A DNA stretch of 64,000 bases. Source: Octopus sinensis (Eukaryota). Of this stretch, positions 38,132 through 51,030 are shown in pieces. How positions within the stretch are numbered: the stretch's first letter is position 1; each line of letters starts with the position of its first letter. The notes under the pieces were generated by a model. The model saw nothing but the letters and a program-made list of their open reading frames with translations. It had not been told where the DNA came from and did no database searches. A program made the position numbers and the translations under genes. The stretch is taken from the NCBI RefSeq assembly GCF_006345805.1, contig NC_042997.1, forward strand, positions 169,570,001 through 169,634,000, in the 5' to 3' direction.

Positions 38132-38679
38132 TAGTTGTGAAGCAGATTTCTGACTGAACCACATGATCATGACGGTGTCAGCTCTGATCGAGCTAATATA
38201 TGATGAAAGCCAACCTTTCCAGCATTTATTCCGATACAGTATATCTCAGAATACTTTACCTGATGTGTCCTTCATTTTGTTAAAGTCAGTAGGGGTGATT
38301 TGAGAAAGATTTAGTTGCTCTTTGTAGCAGATATCTCAGATTAGTTGAAAATAAAATTTTAATTTTTCTGACTATTAATCTCTAAACTGGAAGTGAACAT
38401 ACTTAGAATTGCAGTAAACTTCCAATTAAATAGGCTAATAGTGGGGGAAAATGTGCTTATTAATGCTGAAAATCTGTTAAACTCTGAGAAATTTATTACT
38501 TTCCATATAAAAATAAAGCTTTCATATAGTATACACTAGCGTACAATATAAAATTATTAAATTATAATAAAATACTATGTATTACTTCTGTTTTTGACTG
38601 TAGCTTGCTATGTCTATAGTGATATTAAAGTATTATTGCTTGGCCTGTTAAATTTGAAATCTATTAAATTAGGGTTTAA

Positions 38680-39335
38680 CTACATTATTTACATTTGATG
38701 GATATTTATCCTCATCTTGTCTGTTGTTAATGCAACATTTCAGCTGATATACCTTCCAGCCTTCTTTAGGTTTCTTGGGGAAATTTTGAACCTGGGTTCT
38801 CATTCCTAAGCTATTTTTCGATGTTGTTGTTATTAGTTAGTTAGTTAGTTAGTTAATTTGGCTCAAAAGCAAATAGCAAGGCCATGTAGGGGGACATGGA
38901 GTTAAGTACAGGGTGGTGTTCATGTAAAGAGTTCAGGCCACTTGAGGTCAAGGGAGGTTATTGTTCAGGTCACTGCTTGGAATCTTGGGGTTAGTAGCCC
39001 GTGCTCTTAACCACTGTGCCATATTCCCGTGAGCAATTATGGAGTGAATTTTAAGGCTTATAAATCTAATATTTTCCTCTCTTTTCTTCATAATTGGAGT
39101 GGTTAGTATGTTTTTGGTGTAGTTGTTGCTTAATAGATTGATCATTTCTTCATAATGGGTATCACGATTGCTACTTATATACTTTGCTTGCTGTTTTAGG
39201 CACTGAGCAATCCCTTTCTTTACACTGTATAGATGGTGGGAATTGAAGTTGAGGTATTGTCCAGTGAATTGAAGTTGAGGTATCATCAACTGTAAATAAT
39301 GTACATAATTTCTCATCTCTTAAATACAGAACTGT
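38680..39335 (-). mobile_element. Penelope-derived chimeric element: RT thumb fragment, tRNA-like segment, decayed hammerhead
   Basis: TGQYLNFNSHHLYSVKKGIAQCL..QAKYISS (PLE thumb motif); tggcacagtggttaagagcacgggctactaaccccaag; hammerhead-like motif at 38729-38775; inverted end repeat tacattatttaca(t/g)ttgatg. Confidence 0.7.
38833..38958 (-). mobile_element. Short retroposon 3' end with (TAAC)n tail inserted in the microsatellite of the Penelope chimera
   Basis: (TAGT)n on the + strand followed by about 105 bp of unrelated sequence; TTATT on both sides. Confidence 0.5.
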
Positions 39336-39730
39336 AGGGTTTTACTGTATTTACTTATATTTACACATTTTCATCATTTCATTCCCCTATCAACATAGTA
39401 TAGCTGTAAATATTAAAATTTTTCTCATCTTTTAAGGCAAGGTTAACAGCTAGAAAAGTGCTGGTATTATTTCTAGCCCACATTCAGGCTCCCTCATTGG
39501 CTCTGTCAGTCAAAAGGCAGTTAGCTGAGTTAATAGTGTGCTGGTTTATTGTCCTTGGAAAAAATTGTTAAACTAGTTGCCCAATACATCAAAATATAAC
39601 TAGACACCTTACTGACTTGCAGTTCAATGTTGTGAATTGTACAAGCATCATACGAACAACAGGTACTTGCAGTGATAAATTCAAATCTTCCTAGACTGGT
39701 GTCTTATTCTGATATCTCTTAAATCCTTAA

Positions 39731-39938
39731 CTCTTTTGATATAAACTTGTCTGAGACACTCTTGGTTCTATTATATAAACCTTATGTCTTAAAATTGTAG
39801 TCTTCCATAAAAATTTCTTGTTAATGTTTGTTCCAAGCTTCAGTTAAATAATGACGGTTAATTTACTAAATTTTTCATTATTTTTAAAATTAATTGAAAT
39901 AGAAAGTGTATTTCAACAGAAATTTGCTAACAAAAGGG
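39731..39938. mobile_element. TTAA-flanked MITE, diverged relative of 13405-13622
   Basis: TTAA|CTCTTTTGATA...TAACAAAAGGG|TTAA. Confidence 0.65.
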
Positions 39939-40510
39939 TTAATGTCTTGAAAAATAGTGAGATGAGCAATAACTACCAGCAAACTGTATACAAAACGAGC
40001 AATTTATTACTTCTTTCTTGAGTTATTAAATTTAATAACTTAATGTAAGCAACTTATTATATTGAACAATAATCATTACAAATTTATTATTAGGTATATC
40101 AAGGTATTATAGTAGAATCACTAGAGCAGCAGGTAGAATAGCTGGCAGTATTTAGTTATGTCCCCTTATGTTTTGAGCTTAGCTTTTCGTCTTCCAGATA
40201 CATTCAAAATATAGTTACAGTTGGTGAAATAAGAACTAGCCAAGTACTGGAGATCAGTCTCCCATACTAACATATATACTCGTGTAAAATTTGAATTTTT
40301 TAGACCATTTTTTATGGTCAAATTTATTGGGTCAACTATTACATTCTAGCTGAAATTCATGCTAGAATCCCAAGTACCGTATCAGCAGCAGAAACCCAAC
40401 TGATCTCGAAGGAAATAAAAGCAAAGACAATGAATTGCAATAATATTACCAAGTTACATATATATATATATATATATATACATACATACATACATATAAT
40501 ATATATATAT

Positions 40511-40548
<38 letters not shown>

Positions 40549-40552
<4 letters not shown>

Positions 40553-41063
40553 GGGACGTAGTCAGTCCACCTGTGCATACCTTCCTTCTTGTGACACTTG
40601 TGAAGACCTGTTGAGGCAAGTGAAAATCAAAACAAATCAAAATAGATGAACATCAATGGAATTTGTATCCTTGTGGTACCAGTGCCGGTGGCACACAAGA
40701 AAACCATCCGAACGTGGCCGTAGCCAGTACCGCATCGACTGGCCTCCGTGCTGTGGGCACGTAACAAACACCATCCGATCGTGGCCGTTCACCAGCCTCA
40801 TCTGGGACCTGTGTCGGTGGCACATAAAAACACCATCCGAGCGTGGCCGTCTGCCAGCCTCGTCTGGCACCTGTGTCGGTGGCACATAAAATCACCCACT
40901 ACACTCTCGGGGTGGTTGGCGTTAGGAAGGGCATCCAGCTGTAGAAACACTGCCAGATCTGACTGGCCTGGTGCAGCCTTCGGGCTCCCCAGACCCCAGT
41001 TGAACCGTCCAACCCATGCTAGCATGGAAAGCGGACGTTAAATGATGATGATGATGATGATGA
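40549..41063 (+). mobile_element. RTE 3' UTR, subfamily A, well preserved
   Basis: Four repeat units, terminal ccatgctagcatgg, (GAT)n; near-identical to 42982-43512. Confidence 0.9.
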
Positions 41064-41089
41064 TATATACATACATACATATAATATAT

Positions 41090-41530
41090 ATTGGCTTCCG
41101 TGCTGGTGGCACGTAAAATACACCAATCCAACAGTACGACAGGCACCCATGCCAACCCCCTTTGCTTGCGAAGACATGTTGGGGCAAGCGAAATCGAAAT
41201 TGAATTGAACCAGCCAGGATCCCTGGTCTGGTGGTACGTAAAAAGCACTATCCGACTCGTGGCCGATGCCAGCGCCGCCTCGACTGGCTTACGTGCCGGT
41301 GGCACATAAAATACACCATTGCCAGCCTCGCCTGGCACCTGTGCAGGTGGCACGTAAAAAGCACCCACTACACTCACGGAGTGGTTGGCGTTAGGAAGGG
41401 CATCCAGCTGTAGAAACATTGCCAGATAAGACTGGAGCCTGGTGCAGCCTTCTGGCTTCCCAGATCCCCGGTCGAACCGTCCAACCCATGCTAGCATGGA
41501 GAACGGACGTTAAACGATGATGATGATGAT
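41090..41530 (+). mobile_element. RTE 3' UTR, subfamily B (same as LINE copy 1)
   Basis: Near-identical to the reverse complement of 8200-8560 (gataagactggagcctggtgcagccttctggcttcccagatccccggtcgaacc). Confidence 0.9.
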
Positions 41531-41546
41531 ATATATATATTTATAT

Positions 41547-41580
<34 letters not shown>

Positions 41581-42124
41581 GCATGCATACATACATACAT
41601 ACATACATGCATATATATATATATATACGTACACATATGAAATATTGAATGTTATATTTATGTGTGTCTGTGTATATATATGTTTACATAGATAAAATTG
41701 AATGTCTGAAACAGTTTACACTTCCCACATTCAATGTTTTTTTCATCATGGAAAGTCAAATCACAAATAAGAGCAGGCTTGAAGTGGGATTCAAGAACCT
41801 TATTGCTTGATATGAATAAAGTCAATCTTCAATTCTGCTGCCTTGCCAATCACCATCATCATCATCATCATTCAACATCTATTTTCTATGCTGGCATGGG
41901 ATTGATAGTTTTACAAGAAACAGTGAGCCAAGGAGCTGTGCCAAGCTACATGTCTGCTTTGACATGATTTCTAAAGCTGGATGCCCTTTCTAATGTTAAC
42001 TTTACAGATGCTTTTTATGTGGCACCAGTACCAGTGAGGTCACCAAGTAACTTGCAAGATAAGACTTTCAGGTGATGGGGTGCAGTATTGAAGGAGGTGA
42101 CTTTATGCCATGTGATGGAAGCTT

Positions 42125-42490
42125 GAAAAACAAACTGTTGCCACACAATAATGTTAAGAATGTCTCTGTGTCAGATGGAGAGCTCATTTAACCGATGAGC
42201 AGCTTTATCAAGATCTACCCAAAGCGAGTGAGCAGATGCAGCAGAGAACAATGAGAATTGCTGGTTATTGTGTAATGCACCCAGAAGGACCTATGTGTCA
42301 ACTGGTCTTACGGCAGTCAGTCGAGGGAAGAATCAACAGGGAAAAAAAACAACTAGCCTATGTGAACATCTTACTTCATGACAGTGAAATGACAAATGTT
42401 GTTAAATTAAGAACATGCTTGAGGGACCATGATGGATGGCATGTTTGTGTGAAATCATCGAAGCATCCAGTAGGTTAGCCAAACTAACTA
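42125..42490 (+). mobile_element. Old RTE-clade C-terminal remnant (another family)
   Basis: QQRTMRIAGYCVMHPE...QLVL...EGR...AYVNIL...LRDHDGW; short (CTAA)n tail. Confidence 0.6.
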
Positions 42491-42493
42491 AAG

Positions 42494-44366
42494 CAGTGTT
42501 TATCAACCTTTTTACCTTTGCATAACCCTTAAAATAAATTACATGTCTCAAGGAACCCCTGCGCAAAAAAAATTATATACTATATCTTTCTCATATTTTT
42601 CATCGTAGTTCACGTGGTAAATATCATTATTTATATATATATATATATATATGAAGACCCGGCAAGACTAGTCAGTCCACCTGTGCATACCTTCCTCTTG
42701 TGACACTTGTGAAGACCGGTTGAGGCAAGTGAAAATCAAATCAAATCAAATCAAATCAAAATAGACAAAATAGATGAACATCAATGGAATTTGTATCTTG
42801 TGGTACCAGTGCCTGTGGCACACAAGAATTCCATCAGTGCTGTAGTCAGTGCGGTGGGCACATGACAAACACCATCCGATCGTGGCCGTTCGCCAGCCTC
42901 ATCTAGCACCTGTGTCGGTGGCACATAAAAACACCATCCGAAGACCCGGCAAGACTAGTCAGGCCATAACCCATGGCCCCTACCTGGGACGTAGTCAGTC
43001 CACCTGTGCATACTTTCCTTCTTGTGACACTTGTGAAGACCTGTTGAGGCAAGTGAAAATCAAATCAAAACAAATCAAAATAGATGAACATCAATGAAAT
43101 TTGTATCCTTGTGGTACCAGTGCCGGTGGCACGTGGCACACAAGAAAACCATCCGAACGTGGCCGTAGCCAGTACCGCATCGACTGGCCTCTGTGCTGTG
43201 GGCACGTAACAAGCACCATCCGATCGTGGCCGTTTTGCCAGCCTCATCTGGCACCTGTCGGTGGCACATAAAAACACCATCCGAGCGTGGCCGTCTGCCA
43301 GCCTCGTCTGGCACCTGTGTCGGTGGCACATAAAATCACCCACTACACTCTCGGAGTGGTTGGCGTTAGGAAGGGCATCCAGCTGTAGAAACACTGCCAG
43401 ATCTGACTGGACTGGTGCAGCTTTCGGGCTCCCCAGACCCCAGTTGAACCGTCCAACCCATGCTAGCATGGAAAGCGGACGTTAAATGATGATGATGATG
43501 ATGATGATGATGACACACACACATATACATTGCCATATATACACACACACACATATACATTGCCAGATAAGACTGGAGCCTGGTGCAGCCTTCTGGCTTC
43601 CCAGATCCCCGGTCAAACCGTCCAACCCATGCTATCATGGAGAACAGACGTTAAACGATGATGATGATATACATACATGATGTATAAATATTTATATATA
43701 TATATGCCCATCCAAAGTACCTTGGATCACAGGACGGCCTGCTGTGTTTACCTTGGATTGTAGGGCGACCTACTGTGGTTGAGGAGACCTATTGAGCCAA
43801 GTACATCAATATCAAAAAATCAAATGGAAATTGTAGTTGTGATACCTGTGCCATTGGCACGTAAAAAGCACCATCTGAATGTGGCCAATGCCAGTGCTGC
43901 CTTGACTGGCTTCTGTGCTGGCGGCACATAAAAAGCACCAACCTATCGTGGCCGTTGCCAGCCTTCCCTGGCCCCTGTGCCAGTGGCACATAAAAAGCAC
44001 CCATTACACTCACAGTGTGGTTGGCATTAGGAAGAGCATCCAGCTGTAGAAACACTTCCAGATTAGACTGGAGCCTGGAGCCAGACCCCAGTCGAACCAT
44101 ACAATCCATGCTAGCAAGGAAAACGGACGTTAAACGATGATGATGATGATACAATGTAAAGGTTTTTCTCTGTAAAAATAAGGAAAAAAAAACAAGGTGT
44201 CCATAAATTACAGACATCACTAAATTATATTTTTTGATAACATAATAGGTTAGATAGGATGATGTCTATATTACAATAACCAATAATATGTTGTGCATGT
44301 ATAGTAGTATTACAATCATGAAATTAGCATTAGCTTATCACCTGGAACTCCGGTTGAAAGACAGTG
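42494..44366. mobile_element. Non-autonomous hAT element containing three nested RTE tails
   Basis: TIRs CAGTGTTTATCAACC / GGTTGAAAGACAGTG; perfect 8-bp TSD AACTAAAG at 42486-42493 and 44367-44374. Confidence 0.85.
42653..44150 (+). mobile_element. Head-to-tail cluster of three RTE 3' ends (42653-43512, 43560-43668, 43705-44150)
   Basis: Each ends in gttaaa(c/t)gatgatg; the three resemble subfamily A, subfamily B and the copy-2 UTR respectively. Confidence 0.88.
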
Positions 44367-44596
44367 AACTAAAGCATGATAGAGGGTCAGCAACATGTGT
44401 TTTGCTGTAAGGGAGATAATAGTTACTCTAGTTGGAAAAGGGAGATGATGAGGAAGTTGTGTCATGGAATTGCTTTCTGTCTCAGAAGTCATTATCAGTA
44501 TTGACTTTCTCAGTATAATTATTAAAGAAGAATAGAACTGAAGTTACATTAATAGATCTAGTATTTTCCTTTGATTGATTTTTTCCTTTTTTTCAG

Positions 44597-44763
44597 AGTG
44601 GTTGAATTAACTGGAGATTTTACTCCTGATATGAAATCAATTGCTAACGCTGACCTTATTGTGACAACACCTGAGAAATGGGATGGTGTTAGTCGAAGCT
44701 GGCAAACAAGAACTTACGTCAAAGATGTAGCTTTGTTGGTTATTGATGAAATTCATCTTCTCG
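44597..44763 (+). CDS. ASCC3: ASCC3 exon L (167 nt, phase 2-1), motifs Ib and II (DEIH)
   Basis: tttcag|(K)[38 protein letters not shown]...IDEIHLL+g|gtgagt. Confidence 0.96.
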
Positions 44764-47029
44764 GTGAGTTATTTTTTATGCTTAATTACATCTTTTATTG
44801 CCACATAAGCTACAAATTTAGTACAATACGACAATTTACAAAAATGGCTGTAGTTTTATATTCAGTGTGTGAGATAGAAAGATGAAAGATGTAAGCAAAG
44901 ATGCGGTAGCAAGGTATGGGTGATATTTTCCACTCTCACCCACCTTTCAGCAAATTAAAAGCAATACAGTTGCAGTCATACTTTTGGAAGAATCCTATTA
45001 AGTTTGTTAATTATTTGTATCTCAGATCAATATACTCATTATCAATATTTTACACCTTCTTTCCATGTTGGCATGGGTTAGATGAGTTGTCATGGTCCAG
45101 TTTGAGGTTACTACTCTCCTAGATGGATTGGAGTACCACATCTAGCTCATACATTCTATTCTGGCATACTTCCTGTTGCTAGATGCCCTTCTTGTACTTT
45201 TTACAGAATGTACTGGATGTATTATAATGTGGCTCCATCAGCATTAGAGAGGTTGTAATGTTCTTGACAAACCTGAACTGTCTTCTTACCCTATATTGTC
45301 TGCATTCATTTGTCAATCTTTTTACAACATGTATTAGGTGCATTTTATCTTGGTACCAGTATTAAGAGAGAGATAATCCCTGTCAGATTAAAGAGTCCTC
45401 CCTTCTGTAGGTTATTTATGTTCTTTCAAGACAAATGTGACTAAGTGGGTGAACAGAAGAGAGTGATAACAGAACCAAGTTGAGAAGGTGACAGAATAGA
45501 GAGTATAGGTATGATGGGAGAAACAGATAGAAACAAGAGTGGGTAATGAAAGAGAGGCAGTGAATTCCAGCTACATATTGGTTATTGGTAAGGATATTGA
45601 ATAAAAAAGCTTCATCTACATTTGCAGCATGATGAGGGAAGAAAAAGTAATGTGGAGGAAACTAAATGGTGGAGGATGGAGTAATGGAAGCAATGGAGAG
45701 TGATATATGTTAATAAAGAGTGACAGAAGAAAAACTAATAAGAGAGAGAATGAAGGATAGAAAATTAATTGTGAAAATGGACAGTGGTAAAAGAGCAAAT
45801 AATTGGTAGTAGTAAGAGAGAGTGATGGATGACAGTAGAATGTGACATGGAGGAGAGAGAATGACAGCACTAGAGAATGGTAATAGTAGGGGATATGAGA
45901 TGGACAAATTAGATAATATAATTCTATGGAAGCTATATGTGCATGAAAAACAAAAAAGGTAGATATGAGAAGAATGCTCTTGATCAGAGTTCTCTGCACT
46001 ATTAAGGTTGATCTGAGGCTAAACATTAGCACCATTGACTGGATATACACTCACATCAGCTGAAAAGTTCAGCAGATAAGCAGAATATTTAATCCGTTTT
46101 TCTGTAGCTCTCTGTTTTGTCCTCCACCAGTTAAGACCTTTTTTTTTTCAAGTTATTAAATGTTACATATTGTATTTCAGTGTTTTCCTAATATCCAACA
46201 TCATAACTGGACTACTGCTTTTTATGTTTCTTACCTACATCAACTCTTTTCCACTTAATTTTTCATCTGCCAAAGTGCCTATAAATTATTATATATTATA
46301 ATAGGAAATCAGTTAATATAGACAAAAGACAATTGTTCTTGTTACCCCTCATAGAGACCAAATGAAGGGTTGTGTCATCTTAGCACTTCCTGCATGTTTT
46401 CTGGTTCCTAGTATGCTTTCAAAGGACTGTAGTAGATGAGTAAATTTGAAAGAAAAGATTGGATTGTTGAATCCCGGATCTCAGAAATCAAATGTCCAAA
46501 CAAAAATAGCTAAATATTTTGAGGGTAAAAAGGTTAAAAAGAATGGCATCATTTTTTAAGAATAAGGTAACAGAATTTAGCAACAAAATGAGGTATAAAG
46601 GCTACTACGCTGGAAGTAATCAGTGTTAGTGAAAGCATCTTTTATTCAGCCATCATAGAAATGTAGCTGTTGCATAAGCATGGAGCCAGATGTTAAAATG
46701 TTGATGGAACTGATAAACAAGCAATGCTAAAAGACAGAACTGAAAAAAAAACGGAAACTGAGTAGTAGTTTAAACAATCATGTTTAGTGTATGTGCAAAG
46801 TAACAATATAATATCTCAAGAAAAGTGATGAAAATAAGTTGATATTTTTTGTCCATAAGTTTCTTTCTTTCTATTTGATACTGTACTGCACATTGGTTTG
46901 TGCAGTAGTCTATCAGTTTTCTTTTGAGAAGAGTTTACTGGCACTCTTTTCTCCTACTCAACCATTGTCCATCCATTTCTGAGGGAGAGATACTGTAAGT
47001 TGTTCTCCCTCTTTCATGACCTCTTTTGC

Positions 47030-47235
47030 AGCTCAGTGTAGCCAATAAGGTGGGAGAGAAAGAATTGACTTCATTGTTTCCAGTACTTCTCTGCTTTATA
47101 TTTATTAACTTTGGAACTTGAAAACCAAAGTTGACTTCAATGGAATTTGAATTCAATGCACAGAAAGCCGGAACAGATATCAAAAGACTCCCTACCAGAC
47201 ATTCTAATAACTGCCATTTTGCTACCTCAGCCTTA
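47030..47235 (-). mobile_element. Degenerate copy of the SINE family at 53681
   Basis: Minus strand aaggctgaggtagcaaaatggcag...ttcaaattccattgaagtcaactttg...gcagagaagtactgg. Confidence 0.5.
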
Positions 47236-47699
47236 AGTTTTAGAGCATTAAAAATTTGTATCACTTACTCTGATATAGTATGCTCACTTGTCCACTTCTG
47301 TCACCAAGCTACAATTGCTGAAAACTTCCTCACTTCAACTTGGTAGGATAACTGTACACCCTACATCCTCCTTCCCTGCATCTGCCTACACAATGGAGAC
47401 AACCTTTATGCCCAGTGAAATTACATCTATTCTCCTAAGTTTGTAGTGATAGCTACCTCCTTACATCAGATCATGGAGTCACACTTTATCAGATTGCCAC
47501 TGTTCTCTTCCACCTCTCATTTTGTAGCCTGGCCACCTCTTCCATCAGATTGCTGAAACAACTTTCATTGTCAGCAGTTTTAGGTGTCCATTCAAAGTAC
47601 TCTAGTTGTTGAAGCCACACCTTCCCTCTTCTGAAACTATGGACTGACAAAGCTGCTCTGCCATAGAGAGGGCAATCCTTAGAAAGTTGGATTTCCTGT

Positions 47700-49060
47700 A
47701 CAAACACTGTTATAAAACACGTGCAGGAAATATGAACCCTGGAAGCTACGATAAAGTTAGCTTATCTAAAAGAGCAATAACTATGAAGCAACTACAGAGT
47801 CATCAAGTTAATGGGCAAAGTTATGAAAATAGCAAGAAGTTGTAGCATATTGGAAAGGAAATTGGTGTAGATTAGATGCAGTTTGCATTTGTACCAAGGC
47901 AGGGTAGCACTGATTTCATGATGATCATCATCATCACCATCATCATCTTTTAACATCTGTTCTCTATACTAACACAGGGTGGCTGGTTTGATTTGACAGG
48001 AATTGACCTGCTGGAGAGCTACCCAGCTCTATTTGTCTGTCTTGGCATGGTCTCTACCACTGGATGTCTTTTCTAATACAAACCACTTTACAGAATGTAG
48101 TAGGTGCTTTTATGTGGTACCAGCATGGGGGCTTTTATTTGGTACCCACCTGGGCACTTTTATGTGGTACTGACCTGGGCACTTTTATGCGGTGCTGGCA
48201 CAGGTGCTTTTATGTGTCATAAACCAGTTCAAAGAAGGCTTTTATTCAAACTTTATTTCTGCTTGCCATCTAATCCATTAATCACAGCTGTCTGATGATT
48301 AAAACACTTTGATTTATATTATGTAAAGACAGTATCTATCTATCAATGTCATTTGACAGTATGCTGCATTTTTGTACTCAATACAAAATAAGATATCTAT
48401 ATTTTTAACTATTATTTACTATTGTAGAAAGGAATTAATGATAGGATACAATTCATAACAATGTGGTACTAGCACACATGATCCCTCAAGACTAGGATCT
48501 CTCACCTGAGAGAGGGATGTAGAGGACATGTCTGTATGCATGGACAGCCATGATTTTACTTAGCTTGATATGTCTTCTCAAACACAGCAAACCACCAGAT
48601 GTCTTAGCCCTTTGTCTGAAGATCGTTTCTCATCACTTAGTCCCACATCTTCCTGGGTCTACCCCTTCCATATGTTCTCTCCACAATTAGAGATTGACAC
48701 CCTATTTTAAATCACTTAACACAAGTTCTTAGTTGAGAGCAAACCATGACACTTAGCAGACTTTGACTTGAATAATGTCTTTAACAGGTTTCTGTGATTT
48801 GTAGCTAGGTGGTGACTTAGAAATGTGTTTGAAGAACAGTGTAGGCCATGTGCAGGGATAATGCCTGCAAGATGAGATTTAGCATTGAATTCAGTAACAA
48901 ATCTAGTGTATAGGTTGATGTCCATTAGGGACTGGTCCTCAACTCTCTCCTGTTCATTATAGTTCTCTGGGCTATATATTGAGGCATTAAATAATGGTTG
49001 TGTGTGGGAAGTCTTGCATGATGATAACCTAGTAGTCGTAACTGAATCAGTCAAACAGTT
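47700..49060. mobile_element. Scrambled old RTE remnants in both orientations
   Basis: atgcagtttgcatttgtacca (MQF.FVP) near 47877 on +; tail at 47920-48220 on -; 48540-48710 on -; LLFIIVL near 48945 on +. Confidence 0.55.
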
Positions 49061-49836
49061 TTTGATCCACACAATTTTAACAACTATAAGCTTATTTGCT
49101 TATTTTTCTTTTCTGTACAATCTTGTTGGATGTTAAACCTAATCTACCATTCCTTTTAATACTACCACTTGGACCTTAGATACTTTTAGCAGAGTCTACT
49201 TTGTTGCAAACATTTAGGTTTGGTCCCCCAATTTGATAAGTCCTTCCTCTCACTAGTCTTATATCTGTACTTTTTATATATTTAGTATATTTCTAGACTT
49301 GTTATTGAATTCAGTGAAAAATTCTTTTGAATAAGTATGTAGTTTGAAATCACATCAGCTCTTTTAAAGCTGTTGTGCTTCCATCAGGATTCTCCATTTA
49401 TAAAACATTACAAAATTTTGTCAATTCTCACATGGTGAAATTTTGATTTTTAAGGTATTTTTTGCTGCTCCTTCTTTTTCTTATTGTGAAAGATTGCTTG
49501 AGTTTGAACAAATCTACAAATGGATTTTCAATCCAAAGTTAGCTTTCAAGTGGAAACTACTTTCTTATTGATCTAAACATATTGAACAAATGGTGCATTA
49601 TTGAATCTTCATCTTGGTTACAGGAGATTGTGTTTGACAGCAAACAAAGATCCAATGTTTTCAAAACATTCAGTATCACTCTTAGCAACAAAGTCATCTC
49701 AGAATTTTAGCTTTCACTTAACATTTTAACATTTAAATCAACCATGTCTGGCTAAAATATTCAACCTGTTTTATGTTTAAACCAGCCAGATTTAGCCTTT
49801 CATTCCTACCCTTTAATGTTATTCTAAAAATAAATA

Positions 49837-51030
49837 TTGGGTCATCCCTTAAATAATGCAGCTTTTTCAATTGCATCAACCTAAAAGTCAGAGGGGGACA
49901 GGATAAACTACCTGTATCAACTTGCTATAAAAGCAGGAAGTAATTTTACCTTGTACTTTTTCCTTGTGCTAGAGTGCAGTTCAATTCTAACAGTTATTTT
50001 TTCAAAGCTATAATTTAAGTGACAAAAGAGCATATTCAGCATATTCTATTTTATGAGTTCAATAAAGGCAAGAACGTAACGGAAAGTGCAAGGAATATTA
50101 ATGCAGTATATGAGGATCAGACAGTAAGTGTAAGCCAGTGTCAACAGTTGTTCCCGAAATTCTGAGCTGGGAACTACAAACTAAAAGACAAGCCTCATCC
50201 TGGAAGAACTGTAGAGCTTGGCGAGGATGTTCTGCAAGCCCTGGTGGAACAAAATCCCATTATGACTGTTGAGGAACTAGCAGAAAGGCTTGGATTTGGT
50301 CATTCAACCATTCATCGACACCTGTATGCCATCGGAAATGTCAGCAAATTGAGTCAATGGGTTCCCCACAAACTTCTGAGTCTAATCGCGTGCAGAGAGT
50401 GAATGTGTGCTCTTCTTTGTTGTCATGTCTCACGAATGAACCTTTTTTGGACTGAATAGTGAGTGGTGACGAGAAATGGGTTCTTTATAAAAATATCAAG
50501 TGCCGAAGACCATGGGTAAGGAAAGGAGAAACACTGGCACCCCAGGCTAAAGAAAGTCTTCACCCACATAAGTTGTTGTTTTTTGTTTGGTGGGATATGA
50601 AAGATTTAGTCCTCTCTGAACTTTTGAACCCAAACCAAACAGCTTGAGCAGCTTAGGTCAGCACTAAAAGAACAATAACTGTCTTTGGTTTCAAGACAAA
50701 AGATGTTCTATCAGGATAATACTTGGCTACATACAGCAAGGGTAACATTTCAAAGGCTGGAGCAGTTTGAATGGGAAACGATGCCCCATGCACCATATTC
50801 GCCGGACATTGTCCCATCTGATTATCATTTATTCCAGTCTTTAAAATCATTTGGACGGAAAAAATATGAATTCTGTAGTCGAGGTTAGATTAGAAATGGA
50901 GGAGTATTTTTCACCACAGATAAGTGAATTTTGGAAGAGGAACATTGCAAGTCTACCAGATAGATGGAAGAGCATTGTAGAAAATTAAGGAGAGTATATT
51001 TTAGATTAAAAAAGAACTTGCATTTATTTT
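49837..51030 (+). mobile_element. Mariner element with decayed transposase; right TIR not found
   Basis: TA|TTGGGTCATCCC left end; QWVPHKL, SGDEKWVLY, WWDMK, YQDN, HAPYSPDIVPSDYHLF. Confidence 0.9.

Noticed and set aside
1-44763. SNRNP200/Brr2 as the gene identity
   Set aside because: Second-cassette motifs ([38 protein letters not shown]) match ASCC3 rather than the Brr2 versions as I recall them (GSGKTICAE, TPEKWDILSRRWK).
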